The notes beneath the pieces were generated by a model. The model made no database searches. It saw only the letters and a program-made list of their open reading frames with translations, and was not told the origin of the DNA. From Andalucia godoyi And28 (lineage: Eukaryota > Protista > Jakobida): DNA of 64,000 bases. Below are positions 1-10,187 of the stretch, in pieces; within the stretch, counting starts at the first letter, position 1; every line of letters starts with the position of its first letter. Where the stretch lies: assembly GCA_009859145.1 (NCBI GenBank), contig VRVR01000012.1, positions 310,001 to 374,000 of the forward strand. The letters run 5' to 3'. The position numbers were made by a program, and so were the translations under genes.

Positions 1-35
1 CCAGTCTTTCGCGAATCTGTTATCTGCTGTAACAA

Positions 36-1841
36 ATGCAGCCCGCCAATCGAAGCAAAAGACAATATTTTTCCCGGCAAAAATTCGATGGGAGTTCGGT
101 TATGCATTGTTATTCTTGTCATGTTGGAGATGGAAGAAAAAGAAAAAAAGAAGGATCGCATGTCTTGAATGAAAGCATGTCAAAGAATCCGTACAGCAAG
201 GCAACTTCAAAAGCCGGACCTGCTTCTCTGACCTTTTTGCCGTCTTCTTTCAAGTTGTTTTCAGACTTGTCTCTGCTTGCAGACTTCTTTCTCGGCTCGA
301 TTCATGCAAATTCCGCACTGACCTGCGATGCCCGTTTTTGGCCTGCAATCACAGCATGCATGCTGCAGAATTTTTCAAGTCTGCTGCCCAATGGTGAATA
401 TTGCGTTTTCGGCAGCCCAAACCACCTTTCCGGAGTCTCTGCGCGCGTAGTTCCCTTGGCATCGCTGTCTGCTTCAGTGAAACTCTCAGAAATCGACCCA
501 AATTCAACAATACGGCTGGCAATTTTCATCGATCCTTTTCCGTCTTCAAAGCAGCCCATTCCTGCGCACATTTGCGCACTCATGAAATCCATGGTGCAAG
601 CGAGAGTTGTTGTCCTGACGAAGCATTCTGTGTCGCTTCTCAAGACCTGTTGCAGCTCTGCAGGCATTTGTAATGTCTTTCAATCTTCTGCAGAGGGAAA
701 ATGCACTTGCTTCAAGGGTTCTTTTCCTTTGTCGTCGCAACGCTTGTTTCCGGAAACGTATGCCCCTGTCATCGAAATCCTGTCTTCAGTGGGTGTTAAC
801 CGCCGCAGTGCGTTCGTTTGTCCCTCTTACTCGCTTGCGAAGATTTCTCCGTGGTGGTCGCTACCGCCAGCGAATTGCGATATCTTGGTCGGCGGATGGC
901 ATTCGAGAGGACATCTATGGGAGGTTGCGATGGGTGTGCGATGTACGGCTTCGTCGCTGGCTGCACCTTATTCCTCTGCAAAGCGCAGTGTAGTCGTTTC
1001 CACCACCACCGAAATTAATAGGAAAAGCGTTTGTGTGTCTCTTCCGCCGGCTTTAGCGGGCAGCGAGCGGTCGTCGGCGTCTGCAGGTATGCATACAGTT
1101 CCGTCTATTCTTCAGCCAAATAATGACGATTTCGTCTTCAGTCAACCCTTGCTTTGCGAAGGAAATTTTAAATTGTTCGAGGTATTCATGGGCCAGGATT
1201 TCGAGCGAGCAGCAGATCGTTGTCATGACAGCCTTGTGATTTCCATCAATTCCGATCTGGACCTATCAGATGCTGAATTGGAAACTTCTGCCCAAAATCA
1301 TGTTTCCGTTTCGAAGTCCAACCACGAGTGTCCAGAATCTTCTTCATCCAGCATCGTTGTTCCGAACCTGAAGATGTCCAAAGGGACGCGCAAACGAAAT
1401 CTTGTGTCATCCTCCTCCGTTCTATCCAATTCTTCGTCACCACATTCGTCGTCGTTGGAGTCTCCTCCAAAAAAACAGAGACCTCTTCAATCGTCGAATC
1501 GTAATGTCACCGCCAATTCGACCGTGCAAAAGAACGCACAAAGGTTTGTAGATGATGTATCTGACACGTCATCATCATTGTTGGATAACACGTCGAATAT
1601 TGCAGACTCGAGCCAGTTGGACCAGTCTATTTCGTCGTTCGTTGATAATGCGACACAGGAAGTGAGTGCAGACATGAGAGCGTTTTACGCGAAGTCCCTC
1701 ATGAGCCCACCTGTCCGTCAAGTCCTTGTGCATCCAAGCAAACGGAAGCAGTTCGACAGAGAGCACGGAGTTGCTCGCCGAGCCGCTTCGCATCAGTTAA
1801 TTGACAGTCCCTCTTCATTTGCGTCATCTCCAAGAATTTAG
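36..1841 (+). CDS. Hypothetical protein, 601 aa (basic NLS-like patches, Ser-rich C-terminus); may be 5'-incomplete
   Basis: Long uninterrupted ORF ending in an AT/T-rich spacer; no family motif recognised with confidence. Confidence 0.6.
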   Translation: MQPANRSKRQYFSRQKFDGSSVMHCYSCHVGDGRKRKKEGSHVLNESMSKNPYSKATSKAGPASLTFLPSSFKLFSDLSLLADFFLGSIHANSALTCDARFWPAITACMLQNFSSLLPNGEYCVFGSPNHLSGVSARVVPLASLSASVKLSEIDPNSTIRLAIFIDPFPSSKQPIPAHICALMKSMVQARVVVLTKHSVSLLKTCCSSAGICNVFQSSAEGKCTCFKGSFPLSSQRLFPETYAPVIEILSSVGVNRRSAFVCPSYSLAKISPWWSLPPANCDILVGGWHSRGHLWEVAMGVRCTASSLAAPYSSAKRSVVVSTTTEINRKSVCVSLPPALAGSERSSASAGMHTVPSILQPNNDDFVFSQPLLCEGNFKLFEVFMGQDFERAADRCHDSLVISINSDLDLSDAELETSAQNHVSVSKSNHECPESSSSSIVVPNLKMSKGTRKRNLVSSSSVLSNSSSPHSSSLESPPKKQRPLQSSNRNVTANSTVQKNAQRFVDDVSDTSSSLLDNTSNIADSSQLDQSISSFVDNATQEVSADMRAFYAKSLMSPPVRQVLVHPSKRKQFDREHGVARRAASHQLIDSPSSFASSPRI

Positions 1842-2179
1842 GTTTTTGTGGCCTCCTCACCTTTTTGCGCGATTCGCAGCAATTCTTTTCCTTGAATCGC
1901 GATTCATCATGTATTTATTTTTCGTACAGGATTTCCGAGAAAGCAGAGTCAGGAAGTGCATGCGAGACGCACTCGTGCGTCGACAGAGTCCGGCAGTTTT
2001 TCGTTTTTCGTTTTTTCCTTCTTTCTCATCTTTCTCTCTCTTGCATTGCGTGGCCTGAATGGTCAGGGACGTTAAAAATGTCGGGGTACCGACGAGCATG
2101 CAAATGTCATCTCCGCCAGTATGTTCGTGGACGAGAGTGAGAGCATTTGCCATGCTCTCTCCCCCTTGGTAGTTCTCGC

Positions 2180-3595
2180 TTATTTGTCCTTTCCTCCAAA
2201 CGAACGGAGGATGAGAAGATGCAGAGTTCTTTCGAAATCTTGCTGCTCCTTCAGCATTCTTTTTGCGATTTTGGTAGAGCACGACGTTTCCGACTTTGAT
2301 GTCCGGATCACGGCATCGACCGATCGTGCTACCGTTCGAGGAGTGGTTTGCGTTATTCCGTTTCTTCCGTACACATCAATACTTTTCATGGATTTCCCCA
2401 ACGTCGTTGACGGTCTGGAGACGTCCTGTTTTGCCAGCGTTTGGTCTTCCACCTTGCGGAACACGTCTTCTGCGGTGATGTCCAAAGACTTTGCGGATGA
2501 CACCCGAGACGAAATACTGGACAGCGAGGAGCCCGGTCTCGATTCACTGCGAATCGCGCTGATCTCCTGCATTGTAGACGCATTATAGGCATCTCTTTGA
2601 TCTGCAGACCTGCGGCAGTCTTGATTCGGAGGGAGATCAGCACTGTCTGCTTCTGCTGAAATGTCGTCCAGAGCTTTCTGCGTAAATGACTCGACATTGA
2701 GCAGCGTGTCTTGGATTTTCCGTTTCTTTTCTTCCGCAACTTTCGTCCTTCCCAATGCGCTGCTCATTGTCGGAATTCCAGTGAACGGTTCCACAAGATC
2801 GTACTTCGGCTGGTACACAAGGTCCACGACTTCCGCAGGCCGTCGCACATTCTCATCCAGGATCCATGGCATGTTTTGAACAGGAACTCTGCTTGAATAC
2901 TTGCGAAATTCGAGAACTGAAACCGGTCTGGATGGCAGGTCTTCGACGAAATCCAAAGAACTCTCAATTCGTTTGGCAACCTTTTTCTCGTCCATCCATT
3001 CTCGCCCACTCATTCGGTCGAAAGGAACCACGGACTCATACTTCCGCGGAGTAACCCCCCGTCTCTTCTCGTTGTAATTAAGATCCCCGTGCGTCATTTG
3101 GGATGTTGTGGATAGCGACCCTTCCATGTTTGGCACAAAGTCTCGTGGGGCCTGAAATCCATTGCTTCTGCCCGTCTCCTTTTGAAATGCAGGAACCGGA
3201 ATCGCACGCTGCTGAATGTACGACACGGACTTCTGGGGGTCAATTTTCTGCAAGTAATCCTTTGGCTGCGGCTCAGACGGCTCGACTCGCACTTCTCGTC
3301 CTCGGCTCTTTTCAATCTGGATGTGCCGTGTCAGAGGCCGCTTAAATTTTTCTGCGTCGAAGTCGTACCACTTGTCTGCGATTTGCTTCTTATCATCAAT
3401 GTGCTTGTAGTTTCCAAAATTTCTCGAAGCATACTTTGGCCATTGGATATCAGCGGGAGCCCAACTTTGAGATAGATGGTCGTATCCAGAGTCGACAGAA
3501 ACACTGCCTTTCCGTGACTCCCATCTCCACAGTCTGGCACACCCGCTGCTCACGTGCCCTTTTCGCCGATCCCTGCTCGCTGCGACTGTCGTCAT
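2180..3595 (-). CDS. Hypothetical protein, 471 aa, with short degenerate repeats ending (F/I/M)-x-(K/R/S)-x-x-(G/S)-R
   Basis: ORF track; repeated units IQIEKSRGRE, PAFQKETGRS, VPFDRMSGRE, LEFRKYSSRV, PTMSSALGRT. Confidence 0.7.
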   Translation of the reverse strand: MTTVAASRDRRKGHVSSGCARLWRWESRKGSVSVDSGYDHLSQSWAPADIQWPKYASRNFGNYKHIDDKKQIADKWYDFDAEKFKRPLTRHIQIEKSRGREVRVEPSEPQPKDYLQKIDPQKSVSYIQQRAIPVPAFQKETGRSNGFQAPRDFVPNMEGSLSTTSQMTHGDLNYNEKRRGVTPRKYESVVPFDRMSGREWMDEKKVAKRIESSLDFVEDLPSRPVSVLEFRKYSSRVPVQNMPWILDENVRRPAEVVDLVYQPKYDLVEPFTGIPTMSSALGRTKVAEEKKRKIQDTLLNVESFTQKALDDISAEADSADLPPNQDCRRSADQRDAYNASTMQEISAIRSESRPGSSLSSISSRVSSAKSLDITAEDVFRKVEDQTLAKQDVSRPSTTLGKSMKSIDVYGRNGITQTTPRTVARSVDAVIRTSKSETSCSTKIAKRMLKEQQDFERTLHLLILRSFGGKDK

Positions 3596-3945
3596 TGCTC
3601 TCCTTCCAAATCAGATCCACAAATGTATTCCTCAGAGCGATATCTTTACATACATGTTTATAGAATTAAAAACAAAACAAGATTTAAAAATAATAATAAT
3701 AATAATAAATTGAATCATAATCACAAAGGACTAAAGACGCCGAAACGTTACACGAAGAACAAGAAGAAAAGGAAAACTGCCGTTTGCGATGAGTGTGTAA
3801 GCGGTGGTTTAAAGAGCCATACGCGTCAGATGCATCAGCGTCTCCTTATCGAGACGAGACGAAAACCCCGAAAGTCCGAAAGACCGCACAACCCTGATGA
3901 TGCAAGAGTGGGATGGAAAAGAACAGAACCGTTTTGCAATTTTTT

Positions 3946-6261
3946 TTACTTTGAAGCACCCGCAGTGCAACGATACGCTGGGCGACAAATCACATATAGC
4001 GAGCGCGGAATCGCCATGGTCGCCATTGGGTGAAACCTTTCGGTTCGCTGACGAATGCATTTTCCATTTTCCCAAGTCAACACCAATCTTTGAGCCTTGC
4101 CATGATGCGTCGTGGCCGGCCTAATGTCAAAGCCGTGGCGAACACCTTCTTTCCACATTGAGACTTTCGTCGCTCGGGGATGGAACGCCTGCTTCCAGTC
4201 ATCGTTGCTGACAGACGAAGGGAACGTCATTTGAATCCCATCGCGGACCTGCCGACCGTCGGAATACTTCTTGTACTGATGAAAGCTCTTCAGAGCTACC
4301 CTGGGAATGGACAGCCGCTGCTCTGATCGAGAGCTCTTCCTCTGTCTGCGAAACCGAGACAACTCTCCAAAATCCAATTTCTTAAACCCTGCTCCCGGAG
4401 GTGAGTTGTAGACAGTCGTGAACGACGCTGTGGTACGGTTTGACGACCATTTGAAGTACGTCCGAGACACCAGCACCTTTTGATTGCTGTCTGTGCTATC
4501 CACGGTGTAAGAATCAATGCGAGTCAAATGTTGGTCTTCCACGCGGAAATACTGGATATATCCGGACATGCCGCTCCGAATGATCCACGATATCTTAAAT
4601 GTGCAAATATGTTTTGCAGTCGCCTCGGCATCATTCTTGCCGGCCATGCGTTTCTTCTCTTCCGACTTGGTGCTATTCTTCTTGGTCTCGGTTGTATCCT
4701 TCTTTGTATTGGTTGTATCCTTCTTTGAAACCTTGAACCTGTTCGACTCGCGAAGCATCAGCGAAGGCCACTGAGACGCCACAGGCTGCGGAGACGCCTC
4801 AAACGGATACCTGGGCCATGAAGAGCCATGCTCCTCAAAGGCGAATGCATATCGGAATCGAAAGAAGCGATTCACAACCTTCGTTGCAGTCCGTTTCTTG
4901 GAACCTTTGTAGCTCGTAGTGAGCGTACGACTGACAGGGTGAAACTCATGCACGCCAGCTAGACGGATCATAGTATACTGAGTGGACCGAGAAAAAGCGA
5001 AACCCTTGAACGTAATCTTGCAGTTGAGAGGATGCACCATTTTCACCGAAACGCTCTCTCGAAAGGCAGCTCCTGTGAGGGTTCCGTACTGATCTTGCAC
5101 CTTGGATGCTGGAGCACAAAGAATACTCTCTAACCTCAAACCTACTTGTTGAAATGCGCAAGGCTTCGGGACACCATTTTCCCACGTCCGGACCGCCGTG
5201 CGGAACGGAACAAAGCTGCTTGTATCTATACGGATCCGTTCTGCGCCGTGCATGATCAGCCTTTTGTGGGGTCCAAAGAGCCTTTGGATAAAACCTGGAA
5301 TCACTGTCTGAATCGACGAGTTCTTGCGATCCGAAGACCGTTTGGCAGCATCCGAGCTGGCAGAGACAACTGCAACAAAGACTTCCGTGTACACGGCCTC
5401 TTTGAATTCCCATATAGCACTCGGAACCACAGCGCGACGCATCACCAACAGAGTAGGCATGAATCGATACGGGAGAGTCTTCTTCCGTTCACTGGTGGCG
5501 GCATGCGAAGAGGAGTTTCCAGCAGCATTCTCTTGATGAATGCCATTGTTCAATTCAGCGGTTGCTGATGTCCCGGTCGTATCCGCGGACGCAGACGGCT
5601 GAGGACAAGCCTTTGGAGCGTATGGAACCTTCTTTGGTCGAACAGCCATTTTCTCAAACAGCAGGTAACCAATCATTTCCTTCTTTTCGTTGAAGAACGT
5701 CCACTTCCCGCTCTTTTGCCCAAACGTATGCGCACCACGAATGAACACAGGAGATCCTTCGATGGGCAGGAACCACTCAAACGGCCCATGTGGGATCGAG
5801 TTCACCATGGAGCGGGAGGACTTGACCAACTGTTGCTGCATCGGCGCACCCGTGTTCGGTTGCGTCCAATAGACAGTTCGCGTGACGGAGGGCGCACGGT
5901 CGTCAAATCCAGCCGCTGAATACCAATACTTTTTGGATGCTCTGCATACAGGACATGATGCTTCGCCGGTATCCTTTGCATTGTATGAAGACTCCATACG
6001 GTGTTTCAGCCACTTCACAAGACACAAGCCGTGGAACTTGTGCGGACAAATAGGATCCCAGGAACACACGCGCGGGTTCCAGGATGCAAGCTGCACAAAC
6101 TGCAGCAGCCTCGGATTGCACATTCGTGACCGCGTTCTTCCGTAGCCAGCAATTGGTCCAGAAAGAGGTCCATCGTGAAGGCAGACCGGACATGCACTTT
6201 CGGATGTTCCGTGGAACAAGAAACCCAATACGTTCCGGTGATTTACAATAAATACAGACAT
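3946..6261 (-). CDS. RING-H2 zinc-finger protein with MORN-variant-like beta repeats
   Basis: CPVC...CPHKFHGLC...CPVC gives C3H2C3. Later repeats: GAHTFGQKSGKWTFF, TWENGVPK, MWKEGVRHG, TWENGKCI. First ATG at 6261. Confidence 0.75.
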   Translation of the reverse strand: MSVFIVNHRNVLGFLFHGTSESACPVCLHDGPLSGPIAGYGRTRSRMCNPRLLQFVQLASWNPRVCSWDPICPHKFHGLCLVKWLKHRMESSYNAKDTGEASCPVCRASKKYWYSAAGFDDRAPSVTRTVYWTQPNTGAPMQQQLVKSSRSMVNSIPHGPFEWFLPIEGSPVFIRGAHTFGQKSGKWTFFNEKKEMIGYLLFEKMAVRPKKVPYAPKACPQPSASADTTGTSATAELNNGIHQENAAGNSSSHAATSERKKTLPYRFMPTLLVMRRAVVPSAIWEFKEAVYTEVFVAVVSASSDAAKRSSDRKNSSIQTVIPGFIQRLFGPHKRLIMHGAERIRIDTSSFVPFRTAVRTWENGVPKPCAFQQVGLRLESILCAPASKVQDQYGTLTGAAFRESVSVKMVHPLNCKITFKGFAFSRSTQYTMIRLAGVHEFHPVSRTLTTSYKGSKKRTATKVVNRFFRFRYAFAFEEHGSSWPRYPFEASPQPVASQWPSLMLRESNRFKVSKKDTTNTKKDTTETKKNSTKSEEKKRMAGKNDAEATAKHICTFKISWIIRSGMSGYIQYFRVEDQHLTRIDSYTVDSTDSNQKVLVSRTYFKWSSNRTTASFTTVYNSPPGAGFKKLDFGELSRFRRQRKSSRSEQRLSIPRVALKSFHQYKKYSDGRQVRDGIQMTFPSSVSNDDWKQAFHPRATKVSMWKEGVRHGFDIRPATTHHGKAQRLVLTWENGKCIRQRTERFHPMATMAIPRSLYVICRPAYRCTAGASK

Positions 6262-6647
6262 CACACCACGCACTGCTTTCAAATAAAACACAAAAATTAA
6301 AACAGAAAAAAGAAAAAAAAAAAGAAAAACAATCACAAATGAACTTTAATGACATAATGGTTGAAGAAATGAAAGGGTTTCAAAAGGAAAAATGCTGCAT
6401 CGAAACCCCGGACTTGAATTAGGAAATTCTTTACAAACGTTGAAATCAAAATCAAAAATCAAAATTATTATTATTATTATAAAGTAAATAATGGTTTATT
6501 ATTGGCAATGTGTTCTGAATGTGTGAACGTGCTGCTGATAGGATGAAGAATTATAGCACAGCCAACATAATAACAATAAAAGAGAAGAAAAGAAAGAAGA
6601 GAAGAAGAAAAAAGACAAAAAACATGTTCGGATGTCGCGCATATTTC

Positions 6648-7733
6648 TCAGATGTATCCCCCGAAGAACGCGAACAGAACGACGCCGACAATGGATCCTA
6701 TGCAAAAGAAAAGCATGAAAGATTCCTTGGATGGCATGGTGCCGTACGTAAAATAGTCGGACACGTCGACGTACAGCGTCTCATATATAAAGTTCCCAAG
6801 AGGATGTCGCCAGAACCACCTTCTGCTCTTCAAGTGGATCACCACATTGTACTTGTCCTGCAATTCCGTGAAATCCTCACCGTAATATATGGTCAGGTAC
6901 TCTTCTAAGACTGGCGATTGGAACGAAAACATCGTGAGCCACTCCTCCTGGTACTTGCACAAGCAGAGGCTGTTCGCAAGACGACGTGGCGTGATGTGAT
7001 ACACCTTGTTCGATTCTCGCGAAGGAGCATATCTGTATGTATGCCTATGGTTGAATCCTTCGTCGAACCAAAGGTCCTCATGCAGCAGGTCGATGTCCCA
7101 GCCCATTCGGCGGCCGATAGGGTGCTTGAAAGCGAGCTCCATTGGGAGATATCGGTCATACAAGAACCACAACGACCAGGCGTTTTCCCGCAGCCACATC
7201 TTGGAATACGCCGGGTCGCTGTTTAAGAGGTCTCGAACAAGGGATATGACATCGCCGACAGTCATTCCTCGTGGGATGATCCAATAGACATCGCCGTCCG
7301 TATCTCCAGGAATCTTGCGTTGCTTCCTTCGCGCCCCCAGCGCAGTTCCAGACCGCATTACCGTTACGATTCCGGTCCGATTGTACAGATCATCCATGAA
7401 GCGAACCACTGGAACCGTAGACTCTTCCGACCACATGTCATACGGAGTTACATCCTTTGTATCGCCAATCACCGCATGTTCCCAAGTGCATCTTTCATGC
7501 ATCCGCTGAAACTCTGGCCGTTGGAACTGGGCAGGGCGCTCTAGTTTCTTCAGCGCAGACGAGTAAGTACGGTTCTCGCCAATCCAAAGCACAGCTACCG
7601 TCAGCAACACAAACGTCATTGCCACTCGTCCAATCAGTATCCGCAAGTTGTTTCGTGGATACAGCCAGTTAAACACAGATGCACAGCAGTTCCTCACGGC
7701 CCCAGCCGGACGGCCAGAACTCGACACTCTCAT
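6648..7733 (-). CDS. LicD/fukutin-family nucleotidyltransferase-fold membrane protein
   Basis: SGTALGARRKQRKIPGDTDGDV matches the LicD GTLLGAxR...IPWDxDxD motif; hydrophobic helices near both termini; ATG at 7733. Confidence 0.8.
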   Translation of the reverse strand: MRVSSSGRPAGAVRNCCASVFNWLYPRNNLRILIGRVAMTFVLLTVAVLWIGENRTYSSALKKLERPAQFQRPEFQRMHERCTWEHAVIGDTKDVTPYDMWSEESTVPVVRFMDDLYNRTGIVTVMRSGTALGARRKQRKIPGDTDGDVYWIIPRGMTVGDVISLVRDLLNSDPAYSKMWLRENAWSLWFLYDRYLPMELAFKHPIGRRMGWDIDLLHEDLWFDEGFNHRHTYRYAPSRESNKVYHITPRRLANSLCLCKYQEEWLTMFSFQSPVLEEYLTIYYGEDFTELQDKYNVVIHLKSRRWFWRHPLGNFIYETLYVDVSDYFTYGTMPSKESFMLFFCIGSIVGVVLFAFFGGYI

Positions 7734-8452
7734 GTCTCTCACCTCGAGCCTCAAACAGAAATACAAAATAGTAATGAATTAATGAATTAACTAACAAAAC
7801 AATAAACCAATGCAAAGAATGTCCGAGGAAAAAGAGAGAGAGGACCAACTCAACCCAGGCAGGCACTTTATATTCGATACGCGACTAATGGCGCAGATAC
7901 AGCAAATCGCAAATGGTAAAATGGTAAAATGGTAAAGTAAAAAAACCACAATAGCGAGAAATCAGGCGAGCAGTCGGCCAGTTGGTTGTCGGAGGAATTC
8001 GAGATCTTCTATTTTTGTTTTTGTTGGCGGCTTTTGACAAGTCTGTTTTTCCCGGCGGAGAATTCCCGAATTCGCCGTTTTTCCCGATCGAGCAGTTCGA
8101 GCTGCGGCACGTCAAAATCGAGAACATGCAGGAAAATAGCGCCGCTTCGTGCGTGCTCGTACCTTCTACGATTCGGCTGTGCAAAACGTGCAGTGTGCAG
8201 TACGGGGCCTAGGCAAAATTCTGCACGGCCAAATTCGCAGATTAGAATGGGTCAGAAGTCGAGGGTTTGTTCATGCAGCGGAAGGAAGTCGAGCACGAGA
8301 CGGCGAGTCAGAATCTTTCCCACAGCCGTGCCTTGTGCCGCTTGAGGGTCAAGCGGGTGTCGGCAGAGTCTTTCGGGAGGTGGGACGGTCGACAAGGAGC
8401 CGGTAATATATTTGTATGTATGTAAAACTGGAGACGCAGACGTCGACTGCGA

Positions 8453-9889
8453 TCATTTAGAATCCGGAGAAGCAGGAGCAACAGCTGGGGCAGGACGGGG
8501 TGGGTTGACGACTGCTGGCACAATACGAGATGTTATAATGTGCAGTTGTTTTAGTTCTGGCTTCGTCCTGCTGGATTGCGTTCCCTCAGCATTGATTTGC
8601 AAGCTGCAGTTGGTGCTCCTTGAAGCTGACGCTGCTCTCTTGTTTGGATCAGAAAAACTCAGCTTCCCAGCATTTCGAGTGCTTTCCGCCTGCCCTGGAG
8701 CTGCAATCGACCGACTCTCGATCCACAGCTCTGCAAAATTGCGATCTGGAAGATCCTTTGCAGATTCCGGCGAGTCAAACACGTACGTTGATCGAGAAAA
8801 ATCGCCACGGGTGGATGCGTCTGTTTGTGGCCGAGATCGTAGTGTCTCACTGTACATTCTCGCAGATTTCGGATGTCTGCATTCGAGCCGAAGCACTTTT
8901 GGAGCCAGTTCATTGTGCTGCGTCTTTTCCTGTTCACCCACCTTTCTCCCGTTCTCCCCAGCTGTTGCTCCTGCTTCTCCCGGTGATAACGATGCTGCTG
9001 ACGTTGGTAATGATATGGATACTGACATTTCGTGCTCAGGTAGTCGGGGTTCCGAGTAGGTGGGAAGATCACCCGAAGTTCCGACTCTTTGTGCGTTCGT
9101 TGCCGGTAAGGATTTCCGCACCTGAAAGATGCTCGCAGACGCTCCGGTTCCGCCAGCGGATCTTGGACTCGTCGTCAACGGTTGCTGCCACTCGTTCGCT
9201 GATGCAGACTGTCGGTAAAACGGAGCCGGGGCATCTTCGGACGGCGCATCGATCGAAGCTGTCGTTCCGGGACCTAGCCTGATCACCGTTGCTGGCTTTT
9301 GATACATCCATTCTTGGCTTCTCGATCTGTTTTCTGCGAGAACGCGCTCGATTTTCTGCCGCTGTTCGTCTCGTTTTGATTTTGAAGTTCGCAACACCGG
9401 GCTTTTCGAGGGGTCCATCCCGTCCTTCTGGTTTCGTTGTTGCAAAACACTGACGAACGGTGAAATTCCTCGAGAGTTTAAGATGATCACCTGAGGCTCT
9501 TTCTGCACTGCAAAGCCGCCTGCAGCAGCCGCGGCCTGTACCCTCTCATTCATCGGCGTTCTTTCTTTTTTCACAAATGTCGGCGTCTTTGCTCGGTTCT
9601 GCAGAGGCCGTCCATGAGTCGGGTGTATCTTTGCTCCAAACGGGCCCAGCACGTCCCATGCATCCGGGGTTTTCAACGACCTTCGCGCGTCATGGTCTTG
9701 CCAAGAAGACAATTCCGACAGTTTAGTTTCGGATCGAGCTGGTAATTCCGGAGACTGCCTACCAGATGTTGAAATCTCGGGCGCTATCCACGTCAGTGCG
9801 TTTGCATTTGCATCGGACGGAAGCTTTGGCTGAAAACTGAGAACAGACGACTTTCCCTGCCGCTTATTCACAGGCTGCAAGCTTGTCAT
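8453..9889 (-). CDS. Hypothetical low-complexity (S/P/A/R-rich) protein, about 478 aa
   Basis: ORF track 8453-10141; likely start is the ATG at 9889 after an (ATA)n/CA-repeat leader. Confidence 0.65.
   Translation of the reverse strand: MTSLQPVNKRQGKSSVLSFQPKLPSDANANALTWIAPEISTSGRQSPELPARSETKLSELSSWQDHDARRSLKTPDAWDVLGPFGAKIHPTHGRPLQNRAKTPTFVKKERTPMNERVQAAAAAGGFAVQKEPQVIILNSRGISPFVSVLQQRNQKDGMDPSKSPVLRTSKSKRDEQRQKIERVLAENRSRSQEWMYQKPATVIRLGPGTTASIDAPSEDAPAPFYRQSASANEWQQPLTTSPRSAGGTGASASIFQVRKSLPATNAQRVGTSGDLPTYSEPRLPEHEMSVSISLPTSAASLSPGEAGATAGENGRKVGEQEKTQHNELAPKVLRLECRHPKSARMYSETLRSRPQTDASTRGDFSRSTYVFDSPESAKDLPDRNFAELWIESRSIAAPGQAESTRNAGKLSFSDPNKRAASASRSTNCSLQINAEGTQSSRTKPELKQLHIITSRIVPAVVNPPRPAPAVAPASPDSK
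8466..8980. repeat. Perfect 25-bp inverted repeat (8466-8490 / 8956-8980) inside a CDS
   Basis: ggagaagcaggagcaacagctgggg at 8466 is the exact reverse complement of ccccagctgttgctcctgcttctcc at 8956. Confidence 0.9.
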
Positions 9890-10187
9890 TATTATTATTA
9901 TTATTAGCTTATTTGATTTTGTCGAGATAAGATCCGCCCGTCCATCCGTCAGCGCGTGCGTGTATGTATGCGTGTGTGTGTGTGTGTGTGGAAGACGTTG
10001 TTGCGACAAAGCTGGCAAGATAAATGCTAGGGATACAACAGCAACAGCAGCATAATAATAACAACAACCGGGTAAAACGAAATGAAGAAACAACGTTTTG
10101 GAGGGAACACAACGGCCATTGCAGTTGTGGTCGGCTTGCAAAAGTAAGCTGGCGTAAATGTTTACACTACGGGAGACCAGTCATTGC

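Noticed and set aside
280-900. ADFFLGS and DILVGGW resembling C5 DNA methyltransferase motifs I and IV
   Set aside because: The catalytic PC is absent, the spacing (about 200 aa) is too long, and no ENV or RxR motifs were seen
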